57,949 nucleotides of DNA from a bacterium. GTDB lineage: Bacteria > Bacteroidota > Rhodothermia > Rhodothermales > UBA10348. A program made the translations under genes and the position numbers. Numbering within the stretch: the stretch's first letter is position 1; every line of letters starts with the position of its first letter. Of the stretch, positions 18,816-29,165 are shown piece by piece. The stretch covers positions 1 to 57,949 of the forward strand of contig JABMOI010000189.1 in assembly GCA_013204185.1 (NCBI GenBank), read 5' to 3'. The notes beneath the pieces are model-generated. The model made no database searches and was not told where the DNA came from. It saw only the letters and a list, made by a program, of their open reading frames with translations.

Positions 18816-20168
18816 CTAGGATGCGGCGAACATGGATTCTGCTTTTGCAATTTGACTCGGTAGAACGAAGACAAAGGCGCTATCTCCCGGTTTAATTTGA
18901 GTCGTTCCAACGGCAATTTCGATGTCCTTACCACTACTTATGGCGCCAATTGACATGCCGGCTGGTAAAGACAAGTTCATGAGGGTATCCGAGGTGATAT
19001 ACGATTTGTTGGCTGCCTCAATTTCGAGAATTTCTGCATCCATTCCATGGACCGTTGCAACGCTCTTTACGTGTTTTCCTCTCAAGAACCGCATAATTTC
19101 GCGGGACACGGCTAATTTCTTATTGACTGCCGCGTCCAATCCGATGGACTGACTAATAGGAATGTAGGCGCCTTTAGACAACAAGGCCACCGTTTTTCGA
19201 ACCGTTAGATGTTTTGCAAGAAGGCACGTAACAAGGTTTGACTCTTCGTCGTCCGTAACAGCTACGAACGCATCCATATCGGAAAGCCCTTCCGTGACGA
19301 GAAGGTCTATGTCTGTATCGTCCCCGTGAATCACCAACACGGAGCCCAGTAACTCAGCGAGCTCTTCTGCCCTTTTCCGATCAGATTCTATCAGTTTAAT
19401 GCTCTTGTGCTTCTCTTGGCTTAATTGATAGGCGACTTTAGCTCCAATATCTGTACCGCCGAGAATCATAATATTGTGGATTCGGCGGTCTGACTTCCCG
19501 AATATCTCCAACACTGGAGGTATGCTTTTCGGGCGAGTTAACACAAAAACCTGATCGTTTTTGCGGAATCGCTCATCTCCGTTCGGAAGTATGGTTCGAA
19601 TCCCCCTTGTGATGGCCATGACTCTAAAACGTGAATCTCCTCCTTCAGAGACCACATCGCGTAGGCTTCTTCCTAAGACTGGGCTGTCTGGATCGAGCCG
19701 AAGGCCTACTAGGTGGAGCCTATCTCCTGCGATCATGACGATATCCGTTGCGCTCGCCCTGCGAATCAAGCGGACAATTTCTTCGGCAGCACTCTCTTCC
19801 GGATGAATAACAAGGTCAATTCCAAAGTCCGATGCATTTAGTACCGCTTTTGTATTCGACAATTCGTCTGATCTCACACGCGCAATCGTCGTTTCGACCC
19901 CCAACCGATCGGCAAGCATGCAGGCAATGATGTTTACCTCGTCGATCGCCGTAACGGCAATCAGAATGCGAGCATCTCGGATCCCTGCTTCTTCAAGAAT
20001 AGACGTCGACGTGCCATTTCCACAGACCGTCATGACGTCCAATTTGTCATTGATATGCGACAGCGCTTCAGGATCGTAGTCAATAACGACTACATCGTGT
20101 TCAGCTTGGGACAAAAGTTTTGCCACATCAAAACCCACAACTCCTGCTCCTACTACAATCGCTCTCAT
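18816..20168 (-). CDS. trkA: Trk system potassium uptake protein TrkA
   Basis: Two Rossmann motifs (VVGAGVVGFDVAKLL, ILGGTDIGAKVAYQL), each followed by an RCK_C-like domain. Confidence 0.93.
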   Translation of the reverse strand: MRAIVVGAGVVGFDVAKLLSQAEHDVVVIDYDPEALSHINDKLDVMTVCGNGTSTSILEEAGIRDARILIAVTAIDEVNIIACMLADRLGVETTIARVRSDELSNTKAVLNASDFGIDLVIHPEESAAEEIVRLIRRASATDIVMIAGDRLHLVGLRLDPDSPVLGRSLRDVVSEGGDSRFRVMAITRGIRTILPNGDERFRKNDQVFVLTRPKSIPPVLEIFGKSDRRIHNIMILGGTDIGAKVAYQLSQEKHKSIKLIESDRKRAEELAELLGSVLVIHGDDTDIDLLVTEGLSDMDAFVAVTDDEESNLVTCLLAKHLTVRKTVALLSKGAYIPISQSIGLDAAVNKKLAVSREIMRFLRGKHVKSVATVHGMDAEILEIEAANKSYITSDTLMNLSLPAGMSIGAISSGKDIEIAVGTTQIKPGDSAFVFVLPSQIAKAESMFAAS

Positions 20169-20191
20169 TTTTTTCTATTATCGTTCAAATG

Positions 20192-20905
20192 TCAAATAGG
20201 CCAAGTTTGCATATGCCAAGCCTGATCCCAAAACATCCATTCGTACTTAACGCTTAAATCGAACGCACGAACAGCAAGAGCCTGATACGCTTCGCCTTGA
20301 AGATTAGCCTCTTTCTCAAGTAGCGCTAACAGCTCATTCGTATACGTAACAAACGAAGGGTCTGCGTACGTAGCCAGCCAATTTTTGTAAGGATGATCCT
20401 CTGGAATCGTCCCATATTCCTTTTCGATCCGAAGTCCAATATCAGTATACAACCAAGGACATGGACTCAATGCGGCCATTCCCTCGAGTAAGGATCTTCT
20501 AGAGGAGCAAGTCCACATATGATTTTGATACGCCCTGTTATTCGGCGTTAAGACAAGGGCCGCAAGGTCTTCGCTCGTATATCCTAATTCTTTACCGTAC
20601 GACTCGTGCAATTCCTGTTCCACCACTAAGGCTAACTTAGCACCGTCAATAAACCACAGCTTGTCTTTGGGCTGCACCATGCGAGTCGATAAAAGCGAAC
20701 ACACATCCGCGTAGGTTTCAAGATACCGAGCGTCTTGCATCTGGTAGAACTTGAACCGCTCTTTCGAAAGAGACCCGTCAATGAGGCCTTGTACAAAAGG
20801 ATGCTCAAAAGAAGCATTCCAGGCCGAGATTGAATTCGACTTACATCGCTCGGCAAAAGGAGTAATGTTGAGCATAAAGGCAGGCGGGAGGTCCAACTCA
20901 TCCAT
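20192..20905 (-). CDS. tenA: TenA family thiaminase II / aminopyrimidine aminohydrolase
   Basis: HPFVQGLIDGSLSKERFKFYQMQDARYLETY and C-terminal YEWMFWDQAW are typical of TenA. Confidence 0.8.
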   Translation of the reverse strand: MDELDLPPAFMLNITPFAERCKSNSISAWNASFEHPFVQGLIDGSLSKERFKFYQMQDARYLETYADVCSLLSTRMVQPKDKLWFIDGAKLALVVEQELHESYGKELGYTSEDLAALVLTPNNRAYQNHMWTCSSRRSLLEGMAALSPCPWLYTDIGLRIEKEYGTIPEDHPYKNWLATYADPSFVTYTNELLALLEKEANLQGEAYQALAVRAFDLSVKYEWMFWDQAWHMQTWPI

Positions 20906-21020
20906 TGGTAGCCACTGGCGTGTACTGCCGGCGCGATGCTCAAAGACGGATCAGAAGAAAGACCTGGTGGATCGTCAAATAAGGAATAGAAATCGAAGAT
21001 ACCGCTCATCTAAGGTGCTT

Positions 21021-24000
21021 TCAAACATCAGATTTGACCAAAGGCACTTTTATCCAGAAAGTCGTTCCTTTTTCAAATAGCGTATCAAAACCAATATCTC
21101 CGTCCATGTTTTCTACCGTTTTCCTGGCGATGGCCAGTCCCAAGCCCGTTCCGCTTGTCTTGGTAGAAAAACTCGGCACAAATATTTTCTCCCACAGGTT
21201 GCGAGGGATGCCTGCTCCATTATCTGTTACACGACTCAACACAATCGTTTTATCTCCCTCTCGCTCCAATCTTGAGGTAACAACGATTTCGGCCATTCTA
21301 TCCTCAGGTACGGACTGAATGGCATTTTTGAGGAAGTTGACGTACACCCTCCTCAGCGCTTCCCTGTCGGCATTGACTATATATCTGCCAGGTCCCAATT
21401 CAGTGGTAATCTGAACATTATCCTCGGCCTGCATCAACTCAACCGCTTCTTTGATTACAGCATTTAGGTCTACCTCTTCTCGGATGTGGGTAGGCATGCG
21501 TCCAAAAGATGAAAACTCGTTCGCAATGCGCGCTAACGTATCGATCTGTTCGGTGAGCGTTGTGGTGGTTTGGTCGAACTTTGCCGCAAATTTGATGTCG
21601 TCCGTGCCGTCTGCGGATTTTCTCAAAAACGCCGATCGAAGGTGCTGAATAGACAGCTTCATGGGCGTTAATGGGATTTTTATTTCATGGGCAACTTGCC
21701 TTGCCATTTCCTTCCATGCCAATTGGCGCTCATGCTGCCCAATTAATCGTTGGCTCTCCTCGAGTTGATCCTGCATGGTATTGAAGGAATCAACGAGATC
21801 TGCTATCTCGTCCTTCGAATCTATTTGGGCAATTCGTTCAAAATGACCTGCTGCAACGGACTGCAGACCAGCTCGAAGCTGGGCAATAGGCCTGGTGAGC
21901 GCATTAGCTAACAGAGAGGCCGTTACCATCACAACCAGGACCAGTAATAACAGGGCCCCAAACAGGTACGCCACCGTTCTGGCCCGTTCTTCTTCGATAC
22001 GCTCTTGCTCGGGAAGCGTGGGGATCGAAACCACGTAATGCGGCAAACCGCGCTCGTCTGTAAGCGCTCTGTACCCTGCGGTATATTCGAACGAACCCAA
22101 CTTTTCGTTCACCGTGATAAATCGAAAACCATCGAAATAGAGGGCTTCGTAGGCCTCAATGGGCAATCGGGTTTCAATTAAACGGTCCCGAATCAATTCA
22201 GGACGGCTTGCTTGTTCAATCTCAATTCCGTGATAGATATTTAAATCCAGCCCAACTCGCGCAGAAAGCGAGTCAATGCTAATTCGGTCTAACACGCGAT
22301 ATGGCAGTTCCTCTCCCCTAGCCTCCAATTGCAGCGTTTCCTCGACTCGATCTAAATGCTGACGCAGCCAAGACTCAATGGCGCGTTCGTTTTCGCCGCT
22401 CACAACACCCAGCCCAACAAATCCCATGGCTATGACGGTGACCACACCTACAGAGAAAAAGGCGTTGAGCACTCGATCTCGGAAATGACGCGGTTCTACA
22501 AGCGATTTCGATTTCCTAAAACGCCAAAAAATGCCGCCAACGTAAAACGGAGTGGCCAAAAACATGCCGGCAACTACGATGCGCAACAAATGGTATAACT
22601 GATCAAAGAAATTGGTCGTCCTCCTTCGAACGGCAATAACCGAAGAGGACAAGCCCGATTCGAGCGAGTTGTCGTTTCGGTAATACGTCTGATAGGATCG
22701 GTCCCTCACTTCCTCATGCAGCCAAGCTTCGGGGCTGGATCTAAGCTGTTCTATCACGCTTTCATCTAAAAACGTCTTCCCAAAGCTTCTACCTTGAGTT
22801 CTGATCAAAACCCCATCCTTGAACTCAGCCACAGAAAGGTCAGCATAGCGATTGCCGTAGTAACCCGCCGGACTCAAGACTTTCGGAAAAGGCGTACCTG
22901 CAGATTCGGTTAAAGCCCGCTGCTCCGCCCTCACTAAGAGGTAAAATGAAGCAGGGTCTGAAATGGCTTCGGCGTTGGTGCTAGTACCAGCGGGTTCGTG
23001 CCCTAAAAAGCCAGCGTATCTAAACCTGTTTTGATCGGCTATGCCCGTGAGCTTTTCAATCATGGGGCCCGAGTCGCCAAATTCATGATACATGGCCCTG
23101 AACAACCCGAAATCAGCCAAGTCGGCAGCGTCGCGAGTATACCTAGGCACACGACGAATCAAATTTGAATAGCGCCCCAGCACGGCGCCGTCGGTTGAAT
23201 GCAGCGTCACCGTCACATTATATCCGGCCAGTGCCGAAAGCAAAAGGCCCCTTGAAGACTCCTCTGCTAACGAGTCTGTTCGGATCCGTTTAATGGAAGG
23301 ATCCAGCAGCTGAATGGAATCCAACTCTGTCTCAAATTCCGTTTGAGCGGCCAAATCCAAGACTTGGGAAATAGCAAACATCACGCGGGAGTCCTTGTCC
23401 TCAGAGAATGAAAGCGCGGCATCTTTCATTCTTAATTCCGTTTTCTGATCCGAGCTTATCTCTAGCATCGGAAACAGGAGTAAGGAAGTGGTCATGACAA
23501 TAGGCACGATATGCCGAAGCGCCACAATGGGCGAACGGCGAGCCGGTTGAATTGGGTTCATTCTCGCGGCGGCAATCATAGAAATCAAGACGATGCCAAT
23601 CACTTCAATCGGAGTATCCCAGCCTAGCATATTGCCCAAGAAACCTACCAAGAGGGCCGTAAAGGCGTAAATAACCGCTAGTTTCAACTGCGAGGGCAGT
23701 AACGAGACGTCTGTTCCAGTCCAATGCGCTAGAATCCAAAGCGCGCGTCCTCCCAACAAGACCAAGCTAAAAACTGCTACGAGCAACGAGCCAAATACCA
23801 CTAAGATGAGGCGTTCCGGTAGCAGGCCAGATCGGGCGAAAAAGTCGAGGGTGCTGTCCTGTATTGCATGGGAGGAAAGCTGAAATAGAAACCAGGAAAT
23901 ACATACCGAAACAAGGACATGACCCACTACAAGAGCAACAACCCGCGGTCTAACAGATTGGTTTCGGTTGAAATGGAGGGCCACGGTTACGGCCTGCCTA

Positions 24001-25142
24001 ACGCCAGATGTAACGCGAAGTATGACCAACATGGCCAGCATGAGGAAAAGAGCTGAAATGCCCATATCCCCGATCGTTCGAAAAGCCCCAAAGCCAAAAA
24101 CGGAGCCAAGATGCTGGGGATCGAAAAGCGGCGCAAGTGGTGATTTACCTTGCTGCCATCTCGAAGGAATATCTAGCCATAATAGAGTCCACCTCACAGC
24201 GACTAGGTAAACTAAGTACCCGCCCAGCCTTGATAGTGTCACTGAATCCTTTTCTAGGCCTTCGCTTCCCATCCTGAGCTCGGATTGTGTCCACAACTGC
24301 CTCGTAACGCTCAGGGTTATCCAAAGCAGAAGCATGAAGACCCAGAAGGCCTGAACGTCTTGGTATCGCCTTTCTCGCTCTATTTTGACTGATTCAAGGG
24401 ATGGAAGCTGAATCGACACCTTGCCAACGACTCCGCCCAGGGTTCCGCGAACCGCTCGCTCATTTTTCGCGATAAACCCTACGTCTTCGCCAAATTGAAA
24501 CGAGGTACTCGTTTTAAGCCGCTTGGTCCATTCTTCGGACCACGAGTAGTCTCTGAGATAGTCGTTCTTTAGCGGCATAAACGACTCTACAATCACCCCC
24601 ATGCGCACAACGCCAATCGCCTTGCTGCCATCAGAAATTGGATGCCAAACCACAAAAGCCGTTCGCTTGGCTCCATCTTTGGCAACTGTTTCGATAGACG
24701 TTGCTAGAAAATCTGGATGACTAACACCTGCATCCATGGGGAATACGGGCCCTTTCCAGGCCAACAGCGCGGGCGAGTAGTCATAAATCTCAACGAAATA
24801 CCGATCGGGCAAGGACCAGCTATTGGTCGCGCGGACGAGTTGATCGTACGAAGGCTGTGTGTCGAGTTGGGAGCGAAACCCACTTCTGATAGCAGGTGAA
24901 GTCGCCATGCGCTCTGCTTCTTCATGCAGAGCCGTAAATGTTTGCCTTACGCTGGTTTCAATTTGCGAAAACGCATCTCCGCGCCAAGATAGTAACTGCG
25001 TTTCTCCAGACGTTCCGAGTCTAGATACATCCCATTTAGATACACCCCAGGTTGCTAGGAAAGCGACCACAAAAACGATGGCCACGATCCAGCTGGAAGC
25101 TGGACCCATCCGTAGACCCCAAGAAGGCTTCAATCTATTCAT
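21021..25142 (-). CDS. Large polytopic sensor histidine kinase (HAMP-HisKA-HATPase_c, NtrY-like H-box)
   Basis: ORF 21021..25154 has a TTG at 25154; the ATG at 25142 overlaps the DUF4783 stop. H-box AHEIKIPLTPM, HAMP (LTRPIAQLRAGL...DEIADLVDSFNTM), N/G boxes (NFLKNAIQS, DNGAGIP, GTGLGLAI). A hydrophobic block spans about residues 270-565. Confidence 0.85.
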   Translation of the reverse strand: MNRLKPSWGLRMGPASSWIVAIVFVVAFLATWGVSKWDVSRLGTSGETQLLSWRGDAFSQIETSVRQTFTALHEEAERMATSPAIRSGFRSQLDTQPSYDQLVRATNSWSLPDRYFVEIYDYSPALLAWKGPVFPMDAGVSHPDFLATSIETVAKDGAKRTAFVVWHPISDGSKAIGVVRMGVIVESFMPLKNDYLRDYSWSEEWTKRLKTSTSFQFGEDVGFIAKNERAVRGTLGGVVGKVSIQLPSLESVKIERERRYQDVQAFWVFMLLLWITLSVTRQLWTQSELRMGSEGLEKDSVTLSRLGGYLVYLVAVRWTLLWLDIPSRWQQGKSPLAPLFDPQHLGSVFGFGAFRTIGDMGISALFLMLAMLVILRVTSGVRQAVTVALHFNRNQSVRPRVVALVVGHVLVSVCISWFLFQLSSHAIQDSTLDFFARSGLLPERLILVVFGSLLVAVFSLVLLGGRALWILAHWTGTDVSLLPSQLKLAVIYAFTALLVGFLGNMLGWDTPIEVIGIVLISMIAAARMNPIQPARRSPIVALRHIVPIVMTTSLLLFPMLEISSDQKTELRMKDAALSFSEDKDSRVMFAISQVLDLAAQTEFETELDSIQLLDPSIKRIRTDSLAEESSRGLLLSALAGYNVTVTLHSTDGAVLGRYSNLIRRVPRYTRDAADLADFGLFRAMYHEFGDSGPMIEKLTGIADQNRFRYAGFLGHEPAGTSTNAEAISDPASFYLLVRAEQRALTESAGTPFPKVLSPAGYYGNRYADLSVAEFKDGVLIRTQGRSFGKTFLDESVIEQLRSSPEAWLHEEVRDRSYQTYYRNDNSLESGLSSSVIAVRRRTTNFFDQLYHLLRIVVAGMFLATPFYVGGIFWRFRKSKSLVEPRHFRDRVLNAFFSVGVVTVIAMGFVGLGVVSGENERAIESWLRQHLDRVEETLQLEARGEELPYRVLDRISIDSLSARVGLDLNIYHGIEIEQASRPELIRDRLIETRLPIEAYEALYFDGFRFITVNEKLGSFEYTAGYRALTDERGLPHYVVSIPTLPEQERIEEERARTVAYLFGALLLLVLVVMVTASLLANALTRPIAQLRAGLQSVAAGHFERIAQIDSKDEIADLVDSFNTMQDQLEESQRLIGQHERQLAWKEMARQVAHEIKIPLTPMKLSIQHLRSAFLRKSADGTDDIKFAAKFDQTTTTLTEQIDTLARIANEFSSFGRMPTHIREEVDLNAVIKEAVELMQAEDNVQITTELGPGRYIVNADREALRRVYVNFLKNAIQSVPEDRMAEIVVTSRLEREGDKTIVLSRVTDNGAGIPRNLWEKIFVPSFSTKTSGTGLGLAIARKTVENMDGDIGFDTLFEKGTTFWIKVPLVKSDV

Positions 25143-25545
25143 CCGATTCTTCAATTAGGAACTCTCGGACTTTCCACGTCCCCTCAGAAACGCGCAAACG
25201 AATGTATATCCTCAACTTCTGACGGGTAGCCTTTGTGGTGTAGACTCCCTCGATAAACCAAGCTCCGGGGGTTCTTGTTGATCCCAGTACTTTAAAATCT
25301 TGTGGTGGGTACTCCTTAAAAAAGCTTTTAAGGAGCAAGGTTGCCTGCCCGCGAGAATAGTACCTTCCCTCGCCAAATTGGGCGATTTCAACTGAGTTCA
25401 TGGTTTGCTCAGCCAAACCAACTGCATCGGCCCCCATAATGGAAGCCTTCAGTTGACTTAGAACCTGATCGCTCGATTGAGCCGAAGAGGTGCCAGTGCC
25501 CGTCAAAAAGGCGAAAAGAAAGCAAATTAAACCAAGTCTAAACAT
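25135..25545 (-). CDS. DUF4783-like secreted protein
   Basis: The ATG at 25545 gives the signal peptide MFRLGLICFLFAFLTGTGTSSAQ. The body (GRYYSRGQATLLLKSFFKEYPP...WKVREF) matches my recollection of DUF4783. Confidence 0.65.
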   Translation of the reverse strand: MFRLGLICFLFAFLTGTGTSSAQSSDQVLSQLKASIMGADAVGLAEQTMNSVEIAQFGEGRYYSRGQATLLLKSFFKEYPPQDFKVLGSTRTPGAWFIEGVYTTKATRQKLRIYIRLRVSEGTWKVREFLIEESDE

Positions 25546-25712
25546 ATCAAGACGCAATTGAAGACAATGACACAATGTAGGAAATGCAACCAAGTTTGAC
25601 TGCAGCAATAAACGAGCCTCTTTCTCACATTGCTTGAGTGGCCTTCTGTTGGGCGGAATATCCCAATCTACTGTCTTTTTAGCTTGACAGAATTGACCTA
25701 GACTTAGGCCAT

Positions 25713-28121
25713 TTAGAAATAAATGTGGGTGACTCCTGCACCACCTTCCATAATGGGAGCTTCTTCGTAACGCGAAATCCCTGGCGCCGAGGCAAGATAA
25801 TCGTGAAGTAACTGCCTGAGCGCGCCAGTACCCTTGCCGTGCAATACTTCTACGCGCGAAACTCCAGATCCGATGCCCCGGTCAATAAAGGGGACAATCT
25901 CTGACATGGCTTCATCTACCCTTTTCCCCCTGATATCCAGTCGGGTTTTTACTGAATGAACGGACAACATTCCCGATTCAGAAGATTGCTGCTTTACCCG
26001 AACTTCCTGCTTCAGCTTGCCACAAACCCGAACGAGTCGATCCAGCTTTACTTTCAATTGAACGCTTCCAAAAGCTACTAATGCTGACTTTTTCTCTAAT
26101 CCTACGACTTCGCCTACCGTTTGAGCGTCATCCATTTTGACTCGGTCGCCTACTCGAATGGGCGTTTTGTCGATCCCTCCCTCGCGGCTCTCTTTTCCTC
26201 TAGATCGGTTCTTTCTCACCGAGCGACTTATCTCTTTAACAAGCCGGGTTTTTTCCGCTTCGATTTCCGTTCGAGCGGAGGCAACCACCTCCTTCGAAGC
26301 ATCAGCTTCGCGAATGTCCCGTACCGCTTTTTCTACTGCTCGATTCGCATTTTGAACTATTTCGGAGGCTTTGTTGAGCGCTTCTGCTCGAATGGCCTCT
26401 TTTTCAGCCTGTAGTTGAGCAAGTCTATTGCGAATCGCCTTTTTATCCCCAACCAGTTCGGCCTGAAGGAGGTCATATTCGCTGATTTTATCCCGAAGCG
26501 TTGCATTTCTTGACATCAGGTCTGCTATCAACGACTCGGCGCTGGACGTTTTTTGACCCATCAATTCCTTGGCCCGCTCGATAACCGTGGGCATGAGGCC
26601 AACGCGTTCCGCAATTTCAGCGGCGTAAGAGGATCCTGGGACACCCGCTACAAACTCGTAGGTCGGGCGTAGTTCAACTTGGTCGAACGTCATCGATCCG
26701 TTTTGGACGCCCTCGGTTTCGTGCGCAAAAATCTTGAGTGGGCCGTAATGTGTGGTGACCACCGTCCGAACTCGGTTCTCCAGTAATTGCTCTAAAGTCG
26801 CTCTGGCCAAGACGCCCCCTGCTTCTGGGTCTGTACCTGTCCCCGCCTCATCAATCAAGGCGAGACTCGAAGAGGTAGCTTCGTTTAAAATCCTGCTCAA
26901 GTTCGAAAGGTGCGAAGTGAAGGTCGATAAATCATCCGAAATCGATTGTTCATCCCCCATATCCACGAACACGGCATCGAACAAGTCAAATCGAGACTTC
27001 TCATCTACTGGAATGGGGATTCCATGTGCCACCATAACAGCCATCAGCCCGACTGCTTTCATGGTCACAGATTTGCCGCCCGCGTTGGGCCCAGAAATAA
27101 TCAGGATGATTTGATCTTCATTGAGGCCAAGCGAAAAAGGAACCACTTTTCGAGAAGATCCTTGCTCCTTGAAATGGAGCACGAGAGCAGGATTTCGACC
27201 GTCAATAATTTGAATGACACCGGAATCTCCTACTTCAGGCACCACGCCGCCTAGAAGACGGGCTAATTTCGCTTTGGCAAACTGGACGTCGAACTGAGTT
27301 AGTCCAGAAAAGGCGGTCTTAATTTCAGGAAGTGAGTTTCGAATCCGGTCGGTAAGGCGCGTGCGAATGGCTAAGATTTCCCGCACTTCTTCAGCTTCTA
27401 GCTCCCGGACGTCGTTGTTTCCCAACAGGGCTGATTCCGGTTCGATATAAACCGTTTGTCCTGAAGCTGAAACGTCATGCACAAATCCACTGATCTTCCG
27501 TTTTGCTTCGGCTCGGATCGGAATCACAATACGCCCGCCTCGGATCGTAGGCTGATCCTCGGCGGCGTAGCCTTGCGCCGAAGCATGTGCCAGCGCTCTC
27601 ATGGCTGCTTCCCGAACTCTGTTTCGCGCCCCGACCAGTTCCCTGCGGATTCTTTTCAGGTCCGGTGAGGCACTATCTTGAAACTCACCTTGCTCATCTA
27701 CCGCGGCGTAAATCGATTCATAGATGTTTGCGCTAATGGCAACCGGACTTACTTGCGCGTAGATAGTTGGGTATTTTTCGCGCCGAACAGAAAAATAGGT
27801 CTTTACCAAGAGCCCCAGTTCGACCACTCGAGCCACTTCGCGTAATTCGAAAGCGTCTAAAGCTGCCCCTTGCAAAGACGCTCTCACCAATGCCTGCCGA
27901 ACGTCACCAAATTCGCCAAACCCAATGGGGTCGTCGAAACGAATACATTGGTGCAATTCATCAACGCAACGTAGCTCTCGATGCAAGGCCGTAAGCGAAG
28001 GGAATGACGAAAGGTCAGATGCGCTTTGGAGCGAAGCATCCCCTTGGACATGGCCAAGCAGCCAATTAAAAATAGAGTCCAGACCTAGTTTGGACGAACT
28101 TTCTTGGGGAAATAGCTTCAT
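25713..28121 (-). CDS. mutS2: Endonuclease MutS2
   Basis: 802 aa. Walker A GPNAGGKS, MutS ATPase core, long coiled coil and a C-terminal Smr domain (LDIRGKRVDEA...LHGKGTGALR). Confidence 0.93.
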   Translation of the reverse strand: MKLFPQESSSKLGLDSIFNWLLGHVQGDASLQSASDLSSFPSLTALHRELRCVDELHQCIRFDDPIGFGEFGDVRQALVRASLQGAALDAFELREVARVVELGLLVKTYFSVRREKYPTIYAQVSPVAISANIYESIYAAVDEQGEFQDSASPDLKRIRRELVGARNRVREAAMRALAHASAQGYAAEDQPTIRGGRIVIPIRAEAKRKISGFVHDVSASGQTVYIEPESALLGNNDVRELEAEEVREILAIRTRLTDRIRNSLPEIKTAFSGLTQFDVQFAKAKLARLLGGVVPEVGDSGVIQIIDGRNPALVLHFKEQGSSRKVVPFSLGLNEDQIILIISGPNAGGKSVTMKAVGLMAVMVAHGIPIPVDEKSRFDLFDAVFVDMGDEQSISDDLSTFTSHLSNLSRILNEATSSSLALIDEAGTGTDPEAGGVLARATLEQLLENRVRTVVTTHYGPLKIFAHETEGVQNGSMTFDQVELRPTYEFVAGVPGSSYAAEIAERVGLMPTVIERAKELMGQKTSSAESLIADLMSRNATLRDKISEYDLLQAELVGDKKAIRNRLAQLQAEKEAIRAEALNKASEIVQNANRAVEKAVRDIREADASKEVVASARTEIEAEKTRLVKEISRSVRKNRSRGKESREGGIDKTPIRVGDRVKMDDAQTVGEVVGLEKKSALVAFGSVQLKVKLDRLVRVCGKLKQEVRVKQQSSESGMLSVHSVKTRLDIRGKRVDEAMSEIVPFIDRGIGSGVSRVEVLHGKGTGALRQLLHDYLASAPGISRYEEAPIMEGGAGVTHIYF

Positions 28122-28129
28122 CTGATCCG

Positions 28130-29122
28130 TTATCCGGACACTTCGCTGTGGTCACCGATATTCAACGTGCCTTTGAACGACTTTACCACTGCGTTTTTCC
28201 CAACCATCGAATAGTCGAGGTCACTGCCAGTGATCGAGGCGTTGCCAAAGACAACTGAATTTTTGAGGGTGGAGTTTTTGACTTTTGCGCCTGCTTCAAT
28301 GGACACGTGCGGCCCTATTGTACCCCCTTCAAGCACCACATCTGGGCCTAAAAAGACCGGAGGTACTATGTTCACTCCCTCCCGCGAGGCCGTATGGTTT
28401 TCGTGATCCAAAATGAAGTGTGTAGTTTCTGAGAGAGCTTTGATTGTACCGCAATCCAACCAATGGGTCACATTGGCTGTTTTGAAAACTTTGTCTTCTT
28501 TCAATAGCCTATCAAACGCATCCGTTAGTTGATATTCGTTTCCAACGCCAGTGACTTTATTGTCGAACAAGTACTGAATCGCATTTCGAAGCACGGCCAA
28601 GTCCTTCACATAATAAATCCCAATGAGCGCTTCAGTCGAAATAAGCACCTGCGGTTTCTCAACCAATTTCACGATGCGATCGCCTTCTCTCACGGCCACG
28701 CCATAAGCGCTCGGATCGTCTACATGTTTGACCCAAGCCACAACATCTGCTTCTGTCAGATCGACTCCTGGGTTCATGTAAAACAAGGTGTCGGCAAATA
28801 CAACAATGCCTTCCCCTTCCAATTCATCGCCGGCGCACGCAACGGCGTGCGCCGTTCCAAGAGCGACATCCTGAACTGCAAAATGAGCATTAGCACCGTG
28901 CTTTGCGCAAATGTTAGTCAGTGACTCGCGAACCTCTGGTCCAAAATCAGGACCAAGAACGAAGACACCGTCTGTGATTGGCCGAGGTAATACAGAGGAA
29001 AACATATCCACGATTCGTTCGACCATGCTTTTGCCGCAAACAGGTAGCAATGGTTTCGGTGTTACGTGGGAGTGAGGTCTGACGCGCGTTCCGCGGCCTG
29101 CCATTGGAATTATAAGCTTCAT
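28130..29122 (-). CDS. Sugar-phosphate nucleotidyltransferase with C-terminal left-handed beta-helix
   Basis: N-terminal IPMAGRGTRVRPHSHVTPKPLLPV (GxGTRxxPxxxxxPK) and hexapeptide-like C-terminal repeats. Confidence 0.8.
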   Translation of the reverse strand: MKLIIPMAGRGTRVRPHSHVTPKPLLPVCGKSMVERIVDMFSSVLPRPITDGVFVLGPDFGPEVRESLTNICAKHGANAHFAVQDVALGTAHAVACAGDELEGEGIVVFADTLFYMNPGVDLTEADVVAWVKHVDDPSAYGVAVREGDRIVKLVEKPQVLISTEALIGIYYVKDLAVLRNAIQYLFDNKVTGVGNEYQLTDAFDRLLKEDKVFKTANVTHWLDCGTIKALSETTHFILDHENHTASREGVNIVPPVFLGPDVVLEGGTIGPHVSIEAGAKVKNSTLKNSVVFGNASITGSDLDYSMVGKNAVVKSFKGTLNIGDHSEVSG

Positions 29123-29165
29123 ATAGTGCGGGCCCGAAGGTTTTTCTGCGTGTAAATGGCTGTTA

